NCBI GenBank assembly: GCA_964016885.1
Contig: OZ024743.1
Location: 139,996,001 to 140,060,000 of the forward strand
Source of the DNA: Eledone cirrhosa
Lineage: Eukaryota
Length of the DNA stretch: 64,000 nucleotides
Direction of reading: 5' to 3'
A program made the position numbers and the translations under genes. Position 1 is the stretch's first letter. Each line of letters begins with the position of its first letter. The notes beneath the pieces are model-generated. The model did not search any database and was not told where the DNA came from. It was given only the letters and a program-made list of their open reading frames with translations. Shown in pieces: positions 1 through 14,700 of this stretch.

Positions 1-270
1 CACCAAGTACCAAGCACCAAGCACCAAGCACCAAGCACCAAACACAAAACACCAAGTACCAAGCACCAAGCACCAAACACCAAACACCAAACACCAAGCA
101 CCGAGCACCAAACACCAAATACCAAGCTCCAAGCACCAAACACCAAATACCAAGCACCAAGCACCAAACCCCAAGCACCAAACACCAAGCACCAATCACC
201 ATACACCAAACACCAAGAACCAAGCACCAAACACCAAGCACCAAGCACCAAGCACAAAACACCAAGCACC

Positions 271-3200
271 AAGCGCTAAACATAAAACACTAAGCACCAA
301 GCACCAAGCACCAAGCACCAAACACCAAACATCAAACACCAATCACCAAACATCAAACAGCAAACACCAAACACCAAACACCAAACATCAAACACCAAAC
401 AGCAAACAACAAACAACAAATGCCAAACTTCAAACGCCAAACACCAAACACCAAATAGCAAACACCAAACCGCAAACACCAAACACCAAACAGGAAACAC
501 CAAACACCAAACAGCGAACACCAAACAGCAAACACCAAACACCAAGCACCAAGCACCAAGCACAAAACACCAAGCACCAAGCGCCAAACACCAAACACCA
601 AGCACCAAGCACCAAACACCAAGCACCAAACACCTAACACCAATCACCAAGCGCCAAACACCAAATACCAAGCACCAAGCACTAAACACCAAACACCAAG
701 CAACAAGCACCAAGCATCAAGCACCAAGCACCAAACACCAAGCACCAAGCACCAAGCACCAAGCACCAAACACAAAACACCATGTACCAAGCACCAAGCA
801 CCAAACAGCAAACACCAAACACCAAGCACCAAGCACCAGACACCAAGCACCAAGCACCAAGCACCAATCACCAAACACCAAGCACGAAGCACCAAACACC
901 AAACACCAAGCACGAAGCACCAAACACCAAACACCAAGCACCAAGCACCAAGCACCAAACACCAAGTACCAAGCACCAAGCACCAGACACCAAGCACCAA
1001 ACACCAAGCACCAAGCACCAAACACCAAACACCAAGCACCAAGCACCAAACACCAAATACCAAGCACCAAGCACCAAGCACCAAACACCAAGCACCAAGC
1101 ACCAAGCACCAAACACCAAGCACCAAATACCAAGCACCAGACACGAAGCACCAATCACCAAATACCAAACACCAAGCACCAAGCACCAAACACCAAACAC
1201 CAAACACCAGGCACCAAGCACCAATCACCAAGCACCAAGCAAAAAACACAAAGCACCAAGTACCAAGCACCAAACACCAAACACCAAACACCAGGCACCA
1301 AGCACCAAGCAGCAAGCACCAAGCACCAAGCACCAAGCACCAAACACCAAACACCAAGCACTAAGCACCAAACACCAAACACCAAGCACAAAGCACCAAA
1401 GAGCAAAAACAAAGCACCAAGCACCAAACACCAAACACCAAACACCAAACACCAAACAGCAAACACCAAACAGCAAACACCAAACAGCAAACAGCAAACA
1501 CCAAACACCAAACACCAAGCACCAAGTACCAAGCACAAACAACAACACCAAGCACCAAGCACCAAACACCAAGCACCAAGCACCAAACACCAAACACCAA
1601 GCTCCAAGCACCAAACACCAAACACCAAGCACCAAGCAGCAAACACCAATCACCAAGCACCAAGCACCAAACAACAAGCACCAAACACCAAGCACCAATC
1701 ACCAAACACCAAACACCAAGAACCAAGCACCAAACACATAACACCAAGCACCAAGCACCAAACACCAAGCACCAAGCACCAAGCACCAAACACCAAACAC
1801 CAAACACCAAGCACCTAGCACCAAACACCAAGCACCAAGCACCAAGCAACAAACACCAAGCACCAAGCACCAAACACCAAGCACCAAGCACGAAACACCA
1901 AGCACCAAGCACCGAGCACCAAACACCAAGTACCAAGCACCAATCACCAAACACCAAGCACCAAGCACCAAACACCAAACACCAAACACCTAGCACCAAG
2001 CACCAAACACCAAACAGCAAGCACCAAGCACCAAGCATCAAGCACCAAGAACCAAACACCAAGCACCAAGCACCAAGCACCAAGCACCAAACACAAAACA
2101 CCAAGTACCAAGCACCGAGCACCAAACACCAAACACCAAACACCAAGCACCAAGCACCAAACACCAAATACCAAGCTCCAAGCACCAAACACCAAATACC
2201 AAGCACCAAGCAACAAACACCAATCACCAAGCACCAAGCACCAAACCCCAAGCACCAAACACCAAGCACCAATCACCAAACACCAAACACCAAGAACCAA
2301 GCACCAAACACCAAGCACCAAGCACCAAGCACAAAACACCAAGCACCAAGCGCTAAACAAAAAACACTAAGCACCAAGCACCAAGCACCAAGCACCAAAC
2401 ACCAAACATCAAACACCAATCACCAAACATCAAACAGCAAACACCAAACACCAAACACCAAACATGAAACACCAAACAGCAAACAACAAACAACAAATGC
2501 CAAACATCAAACGCCAAACACCAAACACCAAATAGCAAACACCAAACCGCAAACACCAAACACCAAACAGGAAACACCAAACACCAAACAGCGAACACCA
2601 AACAGCAAACACCAAACACCAAGCACCAAGCACCAAGCACAAAACACCAAGCACCAAGCGCCAAACACCAAACACCAAGCACCAAGCACCAAACACCAAG
2701 CACCAAACACCAAACACCAATCACCAAGCGCCAAACACCAAATACCAAGCACCAAGCACTAAACACCAAACACCAAGCACCAAGCACCAAGCATCAAGCA
2801 CCAAGCACCAAACACCAAGCACCAAGCACCAAGCACCAAGCACCAAACACAAAACACCAAGTACCAAGCACCAAGCACCAAACACCAAACACCAAACACC
2901 AAACACCAAGCACCAAACACCAAACACCAAGCACCATGCACCAGACACCAAGCACCAAGCACCAAGCACCAATCACCAAACACCAAGCACGAAGCACCAA
3001 ACACCAAACACCAAGCACCAAGCACCAAACACCAATCACCAAGCACCAAGCACCAAACACCAAATACCAAGCACCAAGCACCAAGCACCAAGCACCAAAC
3101 ACCAAGCACCAAGCACCAAGCACCAAACACCAAGCACCAAACACCAAGCATCAGACACGAAGCACCAAGCACCAAGCACCAAGCATCAAGCACCAAATAC

Positions 3201-5700
3201 CAAACACCAAGCACCAAGCACCACACATCAAACACCAAGCACCAAGCACCAAACACCAAACACCAAACACCAAACAGCAAACACCAATCAGCAAACACCA
3301 AACAGCAAACAGCAAACACCAAACACCAAACACCAAGCACCAAGCACCAAGCACCAAACAACAACACCAAGCACCAAGCACCAAACACAAAGCACCAAGC
3401 ACCAAATACCAAACACCAAGCTCCAAGCACCAAACACCAAGCACCAAGCACCAAACACCAATCACCAAGCACCAAGCACGAAACCCAAAGCACCAAACAC
3501 CAAGCACCAATCACCAAACACCAAACACCAAGAACCAAGCACCAAACACAAAACACCAAGCACCAAGCACCAAACACCAAGCACCAAGCACCAAGCACCA
3601 AACACCAAGCACCAAGTACCAAACACCAAACACCAAGCACCAAGCACCAAACACCAAACACCAAGCACCAAGCACCAAACACTAAACACCAGGCTCCAAG
3701 CACAAAACACCAAGCACCAAGCACCAAGCACCAAACACCAAACACCAAACACCAAGCACCAAGCACCAAACACCAAGCACCAAGCACCAAGCACCAAACA
3801 CCAAACACCAAGCACCAAGCACCAAACACCAAACACCAAGCCCAAAGCACCAAAGAGCAAAAGCAAAACACCAAGCACCAAACAACAAACACCAAGCACC
3901 AAACACCAAACAGCCAACACCAAACAGCAAACACCAAACACCAAATAGCAAAAACCAAAGAGCAAACTCCAAACACCAAACGGCAAACACAAAACACCAA
4001 ACAGCAAACACCAAACAGCAAACTCCAAACACCAAACACCAAGCACCAAGCACCAAATACCAAGCACCAAACACCAAGCACCAATCACCAAACACCAAAC
4101 ACCAAGCACCAGGCACCAAACACCAAAAACCAAGCACCAAGCACCAAGCACCAAACACCATACGCCAAACACCAAACACCAAGCACCAAGCACCAAACAC
4201 CAAGCACCAAGCGCCAAAGACCAAACACCAAGCACCAAGCACGAAACACCAAGCACCAAGCACCGAGCACCAAACACCAAGTACCAAGCACCAATCACCA
4301 AACCCGAAGCACCAAGCACCAAACACCAAACACCAAACACCAAGAACCAAGCACCAAACACCAAATACTAAGCACCAAGCACTAAACACCAAACACCAAG
4401 CATCATGCACCAAGCATCAATCACCAAGAACCAAACACCAAGCACCAAGCACCAAGCACCAAGCACCAAACACAAAACACCAAGTACCAAGCACCATGCA
4501 CCAAACACCAAACACCAAACACCAAGCACCAAGCACCAAACACCAAACACCAAGCACCAAGCACCAGACACCAAGCACCAAGCACCAAGGACCAAACACC
4601 AAACACCAAACACCAAACACCAGGCACAAAGCACCAAACACCAAGCACCAAGCACCAAAAACCAAAGACCAAGCACAAAGCACCAAAGAGCAAACACCAA
4701 ACAGCAAACACCAAACACCAAACACCAAACAGCAAACACCAGACAGCAAACACCAAACACCAAATAGCAAACACCAAAGGGCAAACTCCAAACACCAAAC
4801 AGCAAACACAAAACACCAAACAGCAAACAACAAACAGCAAACACCAAAGAGCAAACAGCAAACACCAAACACCAAACACCAAGCACCAAGCACCAAGCAC
4901 CAAACACCAACACCAAGCACCAAGCACCAAACACCAAGCACCAAGCACCAAACACCAAACACCAAGCTCCAAGCACCAAACACCAAACACGAAGCACCAA
5001 GCACCAAGCACCAAACACCAAGCACAAAACACCAAGCACCAAGCACCAAACACCAAACATCAAACACCAATCACCAAACATCAAACAGCAAACACCAAAC
5101 ACCAAACACCAAACATCAAACACCAAACAGCAAACAACAAACAACAAACGCCAAACATCAAACGCCAAACACCAAACACCAAATAGCAAACACCAAACCG
5201 CAAACACCAAACACCAAACAGCAAACACCAAACACCAAACAGCGAACACCAAACATCAAACACCAAACAGCAAACAGCAAGCAACAAACACCAAACAGCA
5301 AATGCCAAACAGCAAACGCCAAACCCCAAACGCCAAACAGCAAATGCCAAACCCCAAACGCCAAACACCAAGCACCAAACTCCAAGCACCAAGCACCAAG
5401 CACCAAGCACAAAACACCAAGCACCAAGCGCTAAACATAAAACACTAAGCACCAAGCACCAAGCACCAAGCACCAAACACCAAACATCAAACACCAATCA
5501 CCAAACATCAAACAGCAAACAGCAAACACCAAACACCAAACATCAAACACCAAATAGCAAACAACAAACAACAAACGCCAAACATCAAACGCCAAACACC
5601 AAACACCAAATAGCAAACACCAAACCGCAAACACCAAACACCAAACAGCAAACACTAAACACCAAACAGCGAACACCAAACAGCAAACACCAAACAGCAA
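271..5700. repeat. Higher-order duplicated blocks in the heptamer array (copies near 271, 2348, 5426)
   Basis: The rare marker AAGCGCTAAACA, followed by the same order of variant monomers, occurs at 271, 2348 and 5426. ORF translations 276..713 and 2353..2790 are near-identical (offset 2077). Confidence 0.85.
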
Positions 5701-8700
5701 ACACCAAACACCAAACACCAAACACCAAGCACCAAGCACCAAGCACAAAACACCAAGCACCAAGCACCAAACACCAAGCACCAAACACCAAACACCAAGC
5801 ACCAAGCGCCAAACACCAAGCACCAAGCACCAAGTACGAAACACCAAGCACCAATCACCAAACACCAAACACCAAGCACCAAACACCAAACAGCAAACAC
5901 CAATCACCAAACACCAAACACCAAACACCAAACACCAATCACCAAACACCAAACACCAAACACCAAACACCAAACACCAAACACCAAACAGTAAACACCA
6001 AACACCAAACAGCAAACACCAAACACCAAACACCAAACAGCAAACACCAAACACCAAACACCAAACACCAAACACCAAGCAGCAAACACCAAACAAACAG
6101 CAAACAGCAAACACCAAGCATCAACCAACAAACACCAAACAACAAACGCCAAACAGCAAACGCCAACCACCAGATGCCAAACAGCAAACGCCAAACACCA
6201 AACGCCAAACAGCAAACACCAAACACCAAACAGCAAACACCAAACACCAAACACCAAATAGCAAACACCAAACAGCAAACACCAAACAGCAAACACCAAA
6301 CAGCAAACACCAAACAGCAAACAGCAAACACCAAACACCAAACACCAAGCACCAAGCACCAAACACCAAGCACCAAGCAACAAGCACCAATCACCAAGCA
6401 CCAAGCACTAAACGCCAAGCACCAAGCACCAAACACCAAGCACCAAGCACCAAGCACCAAACACCAAGCACCAAAGACCAAGCACCAAATACCAAGCACC
6501 AAGCACCAAACACCAATCACCAAGCACCAAGCACCAAACACCAAGAACCAAGAACCAATCACTAAACACCAAACACCAAGCACCAAGCACCAAACACCAA
6601 ACACCAAGCACCAAGTAGCAAACTCCAAACACCAAACACCAAGCACCAAGCACCAAATCCCAAGCACCAAACACCAAGCACCACACATCAAACACCAAGC
6701 ACCAAGCACCAATCGCCAAGCACCAAGCACCAAGCAACAAACACAAAGCACCCAGCACCAAGCACCAAGCACGCAACACCAAACACCAATCACCAAGCAC
6801 CAAAGAGCAAACACGAAGCCCCAAGCACCAAACACCCAACACCAAACACCAAACATCAAACACCAATCACGAATCACCAAACAGCAAACACCAAATACCA
6901 AACACCAAACACCAAGCACCAAACACCAAACACCAAACACCAAGCACCAAGCACCAAACACCAAACACCAAGCACCAAGCACTAAACACCAAACACCAAG
7001 CACCAAGCACCAAGCACCAAACACCAAGCACCAAGCACCAAGCACCAAACACCAAGCCCCAAGCACCAAACACCAAACACCAAGCACCAAACACCAAGCA
7101 CCAAACAGCAAGCACCAAGCACCAAGCACCAGACACCAAGCACCGAGCACCAAACACCAAACACCAAGCACCAAGCACTAAACACCAAACACCAAGCACC
7201 AAGCACCAAGCACCAAGCACCAAACACCAAGCACCAAGCACCAAGCACCAAGCACCAAGCACCAAACACCAAGCACCAAGCACCAAGCACCAACCACCAA
7301 GCACCAAACACCAAACACCAAGCACCAAGCACCAAACACCAAATACCAAGCACCAAACACCAAGCACCAAACCCCAAGCACCAAACACCAAGCACCAAGC
7401 ACCAAACACCAAGCACCAAGCACCAAGCACCATGCACCAAAAACCAAGCACCAAGCACCAAACAGCAAACACCAAACAGCAAACACCAAACACCAAACAC
7501 CAAACAGCAAACACCAAACAGCAAACACCAAACAGCAAACACCAAACACCAAACACCAAATAGCAAACGCCAAGAAGCAAACGCCAAACCCCAAACGCCA
7601 AACAGCAAATGCCAAACCCCAAACGCCAGACAGCAAGCGCCAAACGCCAAAAACCAAGCGCCAAGCACCAAACACCAAACACCAAGCACCAAGCACCAAA
7701 CACCAAACACCAAGCACCAAGTACCAAACACCAAACACCAAGCACCAAACACCAAACAGCAAACGCCAAAAAGCAAACGCCTAAGCCCGTACGCCAAACA
7801 GCAAATGCCAAACCCCAAACGCCAAACAGCAAACGCCAAGCACCAAACACCAAACATCAAGCGCCAAGCACCAAACACCAAACACCAAGCACCAAGCACC
7901 AAACACCAAACACCAAGCACCAATCACCAAACACCAAGCACCAAGCGCCAAGCACCAAACACCAAACACCTAGCACCAAGCACCAAGCACCAAACACCAA
8001 GCACCAAACACCAATCACCAAGCCCCAAGCACCAAACACCAAACACCAAGCACCAAACACCAAACACCAAGCACCAAGCACCCAGAACCAAGCACCAAGC
8101 ACCAAACACCAAGCACCAAGCACCGAGCACCAAACACCTAGTACCAAGCACCAATCACCAAACACCAAGCACCAAGCACCAAACACCAAACACCAATCAC
8201 CAAGCACCAAGCACCAAACACCAAGAACCAAGCACCAAGCACTAAACACCAAACACCAAGCACCAAGCACCAAACACCAAACACCAAGCACCAAGTACCA
8301 AACTCCAAACACCAAACACCAAGCACCAAGCACCAAATCCCAAGCACCAAACACCAAGCACCAATCACCAAACACCAAACACCAAGCACCAAGCACCAAA
8401 CACCAAAAACCAAGCACCAAGCACCAAGCACCAAACACCAAACGCCAAACACCGAACACCAAGTACCAAGCACCAAACACCAAGCACCAATCGCCAAAGA
8501 CCAAACACCAAGCACCAAGCACGAAACACCAAGCACCAAGCACCGAGCACCAAACACCAAACACCAAGCACCAAGCACCACACACCAAAAATCAAGCACC
8601 AAGCACTAGACACCAAACACCAAGCACCAAGCATCAAGCACCAAGCACCAAACACCAAACACCAAACACCAAGCACCAAAAACCAAGCACCAAGCTCCAA

Positions 8701-11700
8701 GCACCAAACACCAAGCACCAAACACCAAACACCAAGCACCAATCACCAAGCACCAAACACCAAGCACCAAGCACCAAGCACCAAGAACCAAACACCAAGC
8801 ACCAAGCACCAAACAGCAAACACCAAGCACCAAACACCAAACACCAAGCACCAAGCAACAAACACCAAACACCAAGCACCAAACACCAAGCACCAAGCCC
8901 CAAGCACCAAACACCAAGCACCGAGCACCAAACACCAAGCACCAAGCACCAAGCACCATGCACCAAACACCAAGCACCAAGCACCAAACAGCAAACACCA
9001 AACAGCAAACACCAAACAGCAAACACCAAACAGCAAACACCAAACACCAAACACCAAACAGCAAACGCCAAAAAGCAAACGCCAAACCCCAAACGCCAAA
9101 CAGCAAATGCCAAACCCCAAACGCCAAACAGCAAACGCCAAGCACCAAACACCAAACACCAAGCGCCAAGCACCAAACACCAAACACCAAGCACCAAGCA
9201 CCAAACACCAAACACCAAGCACCAAGTACCAAACACCAAACACCAAGCGCCAAACACCAAACACCATACACCTAGCACCAAGCACCAAGCACCAAACACC
9301 AAGCGCCAAACACCAAGCACCAAGCACCAAGCACCAAGCACCAAGCACCAAACACCAATCACCAAGCCCCAAGCACCAAACACCAAGCACCCAGCACCAA
9401 ACACCAAACACCAAGCACCAAGCACCCAGAACAAAGCACCAAGCACCAAACACCAAACACCAAGCTCCAAGCACCAAACACCAAACACCAAGCACCAAGC
9501 ACCAAGCACCAAACACCAAACACCAAGCTGCAAGCACCAAACACCAAACACCAAGCACCAAGCACCAAACACCAATCACCAAGCACCAAGCACCAAACCC
9601 CAAGCACCAAACACCAAGCACCAATCACCAAACACCAAACACCAAGAACCAAGCACCAAGCACCAAACCCCAAGCACCAAACACCAAGCACCAATCACCA
9701 AACACCGAACACCAAGAACCAAGCACCAAGCACCAAACACCAAGCACCAAGCACCAAGCACCAAGCACCAAGCACCAAACACCAAGCACCAAGTACCACA
9801 CACCAAACACCAAGCACCAAGCACCAAACACCAAACACCAAACACCAGGCACCAAGCACCAAACACCAAACACCAAACACCAGGCACCAAGCACCAAGCA
9901 CCAAGCAGCAAGCACCAAGCACCAAACACCAAACACCAAGCCCAAATCACCAAAGAGCAAAAACAAAACACCAAGCACCAAACACCAAACACCAAGCACC
10001 AAACACCAAACACCAAACACCAAACGCCAAACAGCAAACACCAAACACCAAATAGCAAAAACCAAAGAGCAAACTCCAAGCACCAAACAGCAAACACAAA
10101 ACACCAAACAGCAAACACCAAACAGCAAACTCCAAACACCAAACACCAAGCACCAAGCACCAAATCCCAAGCACCAAACACCAAGCACCGATCACCAAAC
10201 ACCAAGCACCAAGCACCAAACACCAAACACCAAGCACCAAGTACCAAACACCAAACACCAAGCACCAAACACTAAACAGCAAACGCAAAAAAGCAAATGC
10301 CAAACCCCAAACGCCAAACAGCAAACGCCCAGCACCAAACACCAAACACCAAACACCAAGCACAAATCACCAAACACCAAACACCAAGCGCCAAACACCA
10401 AACACCAAACACCTAGCACCAAGCACCAAGCACCAAACACCAAGCACCAAACACGAAGCACCAAGCACCAAGCACCAAGCACCAAACACCAATCACCAAG
10501 CCCCAAGCATCAAACACCAAGCACCCAGCACCAAACACCAAACACCAAGCACCAAGCACCCAGAACAAAGCACCAAGCACCAAACACCAAACACCAAGCT
10601 CCAAGCACCAAACACCAAACACCAAGCACCAAGCACCAAGCACCAAACACCAAACACCAAGCACCAAGCACCAAACACCAAACACCAAGCACCAATCACC
10701 AAACACCAAGCCCCAAGCACCAAACACCAAACACCAAACACCTAGCACCAAGCACCAAGCACCGAACACCAAGCACCAAACACCAAGCACCAAGCACCAA
10801 GCACCAAGCACCAAGCACCAAACACCAATCACCAAGCCCCAAGCACCAAACACCAGGCACCAAGCACCCAGAACCAAGCACCAAGCACCAAACACCAAAC
10901 TACCAAGCACCAAGCACCAAACACCAAACACCAAGCACCAAGCACCAAGCACCAAGCACCAAACACCATACACCAAGCACCAAGCACCAAACACCAAAAA
11001 CCAATCACCAAGCACCAAAGAGCAAACACCAAGCCCCAAGCACCAAACACCAAACACCAAACACCAAATAGCAAACACTAAACACCAAACACCAAACAGC
11101 AAACACAAAACACCAAATAGCAAACACCAAACACCAAACACCAAACACCAAACAGCAAACACCAAACACCAAACACCAAACACCAAACAGCAAACACCAA
11201 ACAGTAAACACCAAACAGCAAACAGCAAACACCAAACACCAAACACCAAGCACCAAGCACCAAGCACCAAACAACAACACCAAGCACCAAGCATCAAACA
11301 CCAAGCACCAAGCACCAAACACCAAACACCAAGCTCCAAGCACCAAACACCATACACCAAGCACCAAGCACCAAACACCAATCACCAAGCACCAAGCACC
11401 AAACCCCAAGCACCAAACACCAAGCACCAATCACCAAACACCAAACACCCAGCACCAAGCACCAAACACCAAGCACCAAGCACCAAGCACCAAACACCAA
11501 GCACCAAGTACCAAACACCAAACACCAAGCACCAAGTACCAAACACCAAACACCAAGCACCAAGCACCAAACACCAAACACCAAGCACCAAGCACCAAAC
11601 ACCAAACACCAGGATCCAAGCATAAAACACCAAGCACCAAGCACCAAGCAACAAACACCAAACACCAAGCACCAAACACCAAGCACCAAGCCCCAAACAC

Positions 11701-14700
11701 CAAACACCAAGCACCATGCACCAAACACCAAGCACCAAACACCAAGCACCAAGCACCAAGCACCATGCACTAAACACCAAGCACCAAGCACCAAACAGCA
11801 AACACCAAACAGCAAACACCAAACAGCAAACACCAAACAGCAAACACCAAACACCAAGCACCAAGCACCAAACACCATACGCCAAACACCAAACACCAAG
11901 CACCAAGCACCAAACACCAAGCACCAAGCACCAAAGACCAAACACCAAGCACCAAGCACGAAACACCAAGCACCAAGCACCGAGCACCAAACACCAAACA
12001 CCAAACACCAAGCACCAAGCACCAAACACCAAACACCAAGAACCAAGCACCAAACACCAAATACCAAGCACCAAGCACTAAACACCAAACACCAAGCACC
12101 AAACACCAAGCACCAAGCACCAAGCACCAAGCACCAAACACAAAACACCAAGTACCAAACACCAAACAGCAAACACCAATCACCAAACACCAAACACCAA
12201 ACAGCAAACACCAATCACCAAACACCAAACACCAAACACCAAACAGTAAACACCAAACACCAAACAGCAAACACCAAACACCAAACACCAAACAGCAAAC
12301 ACCAAACAAACAGCAAACAGCAAACACCAAGCAGCAAACACCAAACACCAAACAACAAACGCCAAACAGCAAACGCCAGCCACCAGATGCCAAACAGCAA
12401 ACGCCAAACAGCAAACGCCAAACAGCAAACACCAAACACCAAACAGCAAACACCAAACACCAAACACCAAATAGCAAACACCAAACAGCAAACACCAAAC
12501 ATCAAACACCAGACAGCAAACAGCAAACTCCAAACACCAAACACCAAGCACCAAGCACCAAACACCAAGCACCAAGCAACAAGCACCAATCACCAAGCAC
12601 CAAGCACTAAACACCAAACACCAAGCACCAAGCACCAAGCACCAAACAGCAAGCACCAAGCACCATGCACCAAACGCCAAGCACCAAGCACCAAACACCA
12701 AGCACCAAGCACCAAGCACCAAACACCAAGCACCAAAGACCAAGCACCAAATACCAAGCACCAAGCACCAAACACCAATCACCAAGCACCAAGCACCAAA
12801 CACCAAGAACCAAACACCAATCACTAAACACCAAACACCAAGCACCAAGCACCAAACACCAAACACCAAGCACCAAGTACCAAACACCAAACACCAAACA
12901 CCAAGCACCAAGCACCAAATCCCAAGCACCAAACACCAAGCACCAAGCACCAAACACCAAACACCAAGCACGAAGCACCAAGCATCAAATACCAAACGCC
13001 AAACACCAAGCACCACACATCAAACACCAAGCACCAAGCACCAATCGCCAAGCACCAAGCACCAAGCAACAAACACAAAGCACCAAGCACCAAGCACCAA
13101 GCACCAAGCACCAAGCACCAAACACCAAGCACCAAGCACCCAACACCAAACACCAATCACCAAGCACCAAAGAGCAAACACGAAGCCCCAAGCACCAAAC
13201 ACCCAACACCAAACACCAAACATCAAACACCAATCACGAATCACCAAACACCAAACACCAAACATCAAACACCAATCACGAATCACCAAGCACCAAACAC
13301 CAAACACCAAGCACCAAGCACCAAGCACCAAACACCAAACACCAAGCACCAAGCACTAAACACCAAACACCAAGCACCAAGCACCAAGCACCAAACACCA
13401 AGTACTAAGCACCAAGCACCAAACACCAAGCACCAAGCACCAAACACCAAACACCAAGCACCAAACACCAAGCACCAAACAGCAAGCACCAAGCACCAAG
13501 CACCAGACACAAAGCACCAAGCACCAAACACCAAACACCAAGCACCAAGCACTAAACACCAAACACCAAGCACCAAGCACCAAGCACCAAGCACCAAGCA
13601 CCAAACACCAAGCACCAAGCACCAAGCACCAAGCACCAAGCACCAAACACCAAGCACCAAGCACCAAACAGCAAACACCAAGCACCAAACACCAAACACC
13701 AAGCACCAAGCACCAAACCCCAAACACCAAACACCAAGCACCAAGCCCCAAGCACCAAACACCAAGCACCAAGCACCAAACAGCAAACACCAAACAGCAA
13801 ACACCAAACACCAAACACCAACCAGCAAACACCAAACACCAAACACCAAACAGCAAACACCAAACAGCAAACACCAAACAGCAAACACCAAACACCAAAC
13901 ACCAAACAGCAAATGCCAAAAAGCAAACGCCAAACCCCAAACGCCAAACACCAAATGCCAAACCCCAAACGCCAAACAGCAAACGCCAAGCGCCAAACGC
14001 CAAACACCAAGTGCCAAGCACCAAACACCAAACACCAAGCACCAAGCACCAAGCACCAAACACCAAACACCAAGCACCAAGTACCAAACACCAAACACCA
14101 AGCACCAAACACCAAACAGCAAACGCCAAAAAGCAAACGCCAAACCCCATACGCCAAACAGCAAATGCCAAACCCCAAACGCCAAACAGCAAACGCCAAG
14201 CACCAAACACCAAACACCAAGCACCAAGCACCAAACACCAAACACCAAACACCAAGCACCAAGCCCCAAGCACCAAACACCAAGCACCAAGCACCAAACA
14301 CCAAGCACGAAGCACCAAGCACCATGCACCAAACACCAAGCACCAAGCACCAAACAGCAAACACCAAACAGCAAACACCAAACACCAAACACCAACCAGC
14401 AAACACCAAACACCAAACACCAAACAGCAAACACCAAACTGCAAACACCAAACAGCAAACACCAAACACCAAACACCAAACAGCAAATGCCAAAAAGCAA
14501 ACGCCAAACCCCAAACGCCAAACAGTAAATGCCAAACCCCAAACGCCAAACAGCAAACGCCAAGTGCCAGACGCCAAACACCAAGCGCCAAGCACCAAAC
14601 ACCAAACACCAAGCACCAAGCACCAAACACCAAACACCAAGCACCAAGTACCAAACACCAAACACCAAGCACCAAACACCAAACAGCAAACGCCAAAAAG

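Noticed and set aside
6174-12387. Heptamer-array duplication offset (6213 bp) equals the unit 3-to-4 macrosatellite period (6213 bp)
   Set aside because: The other periods are 6128 and 6155, the sequences are unrelated and many offsets were compared, so this is treated as coincidence.
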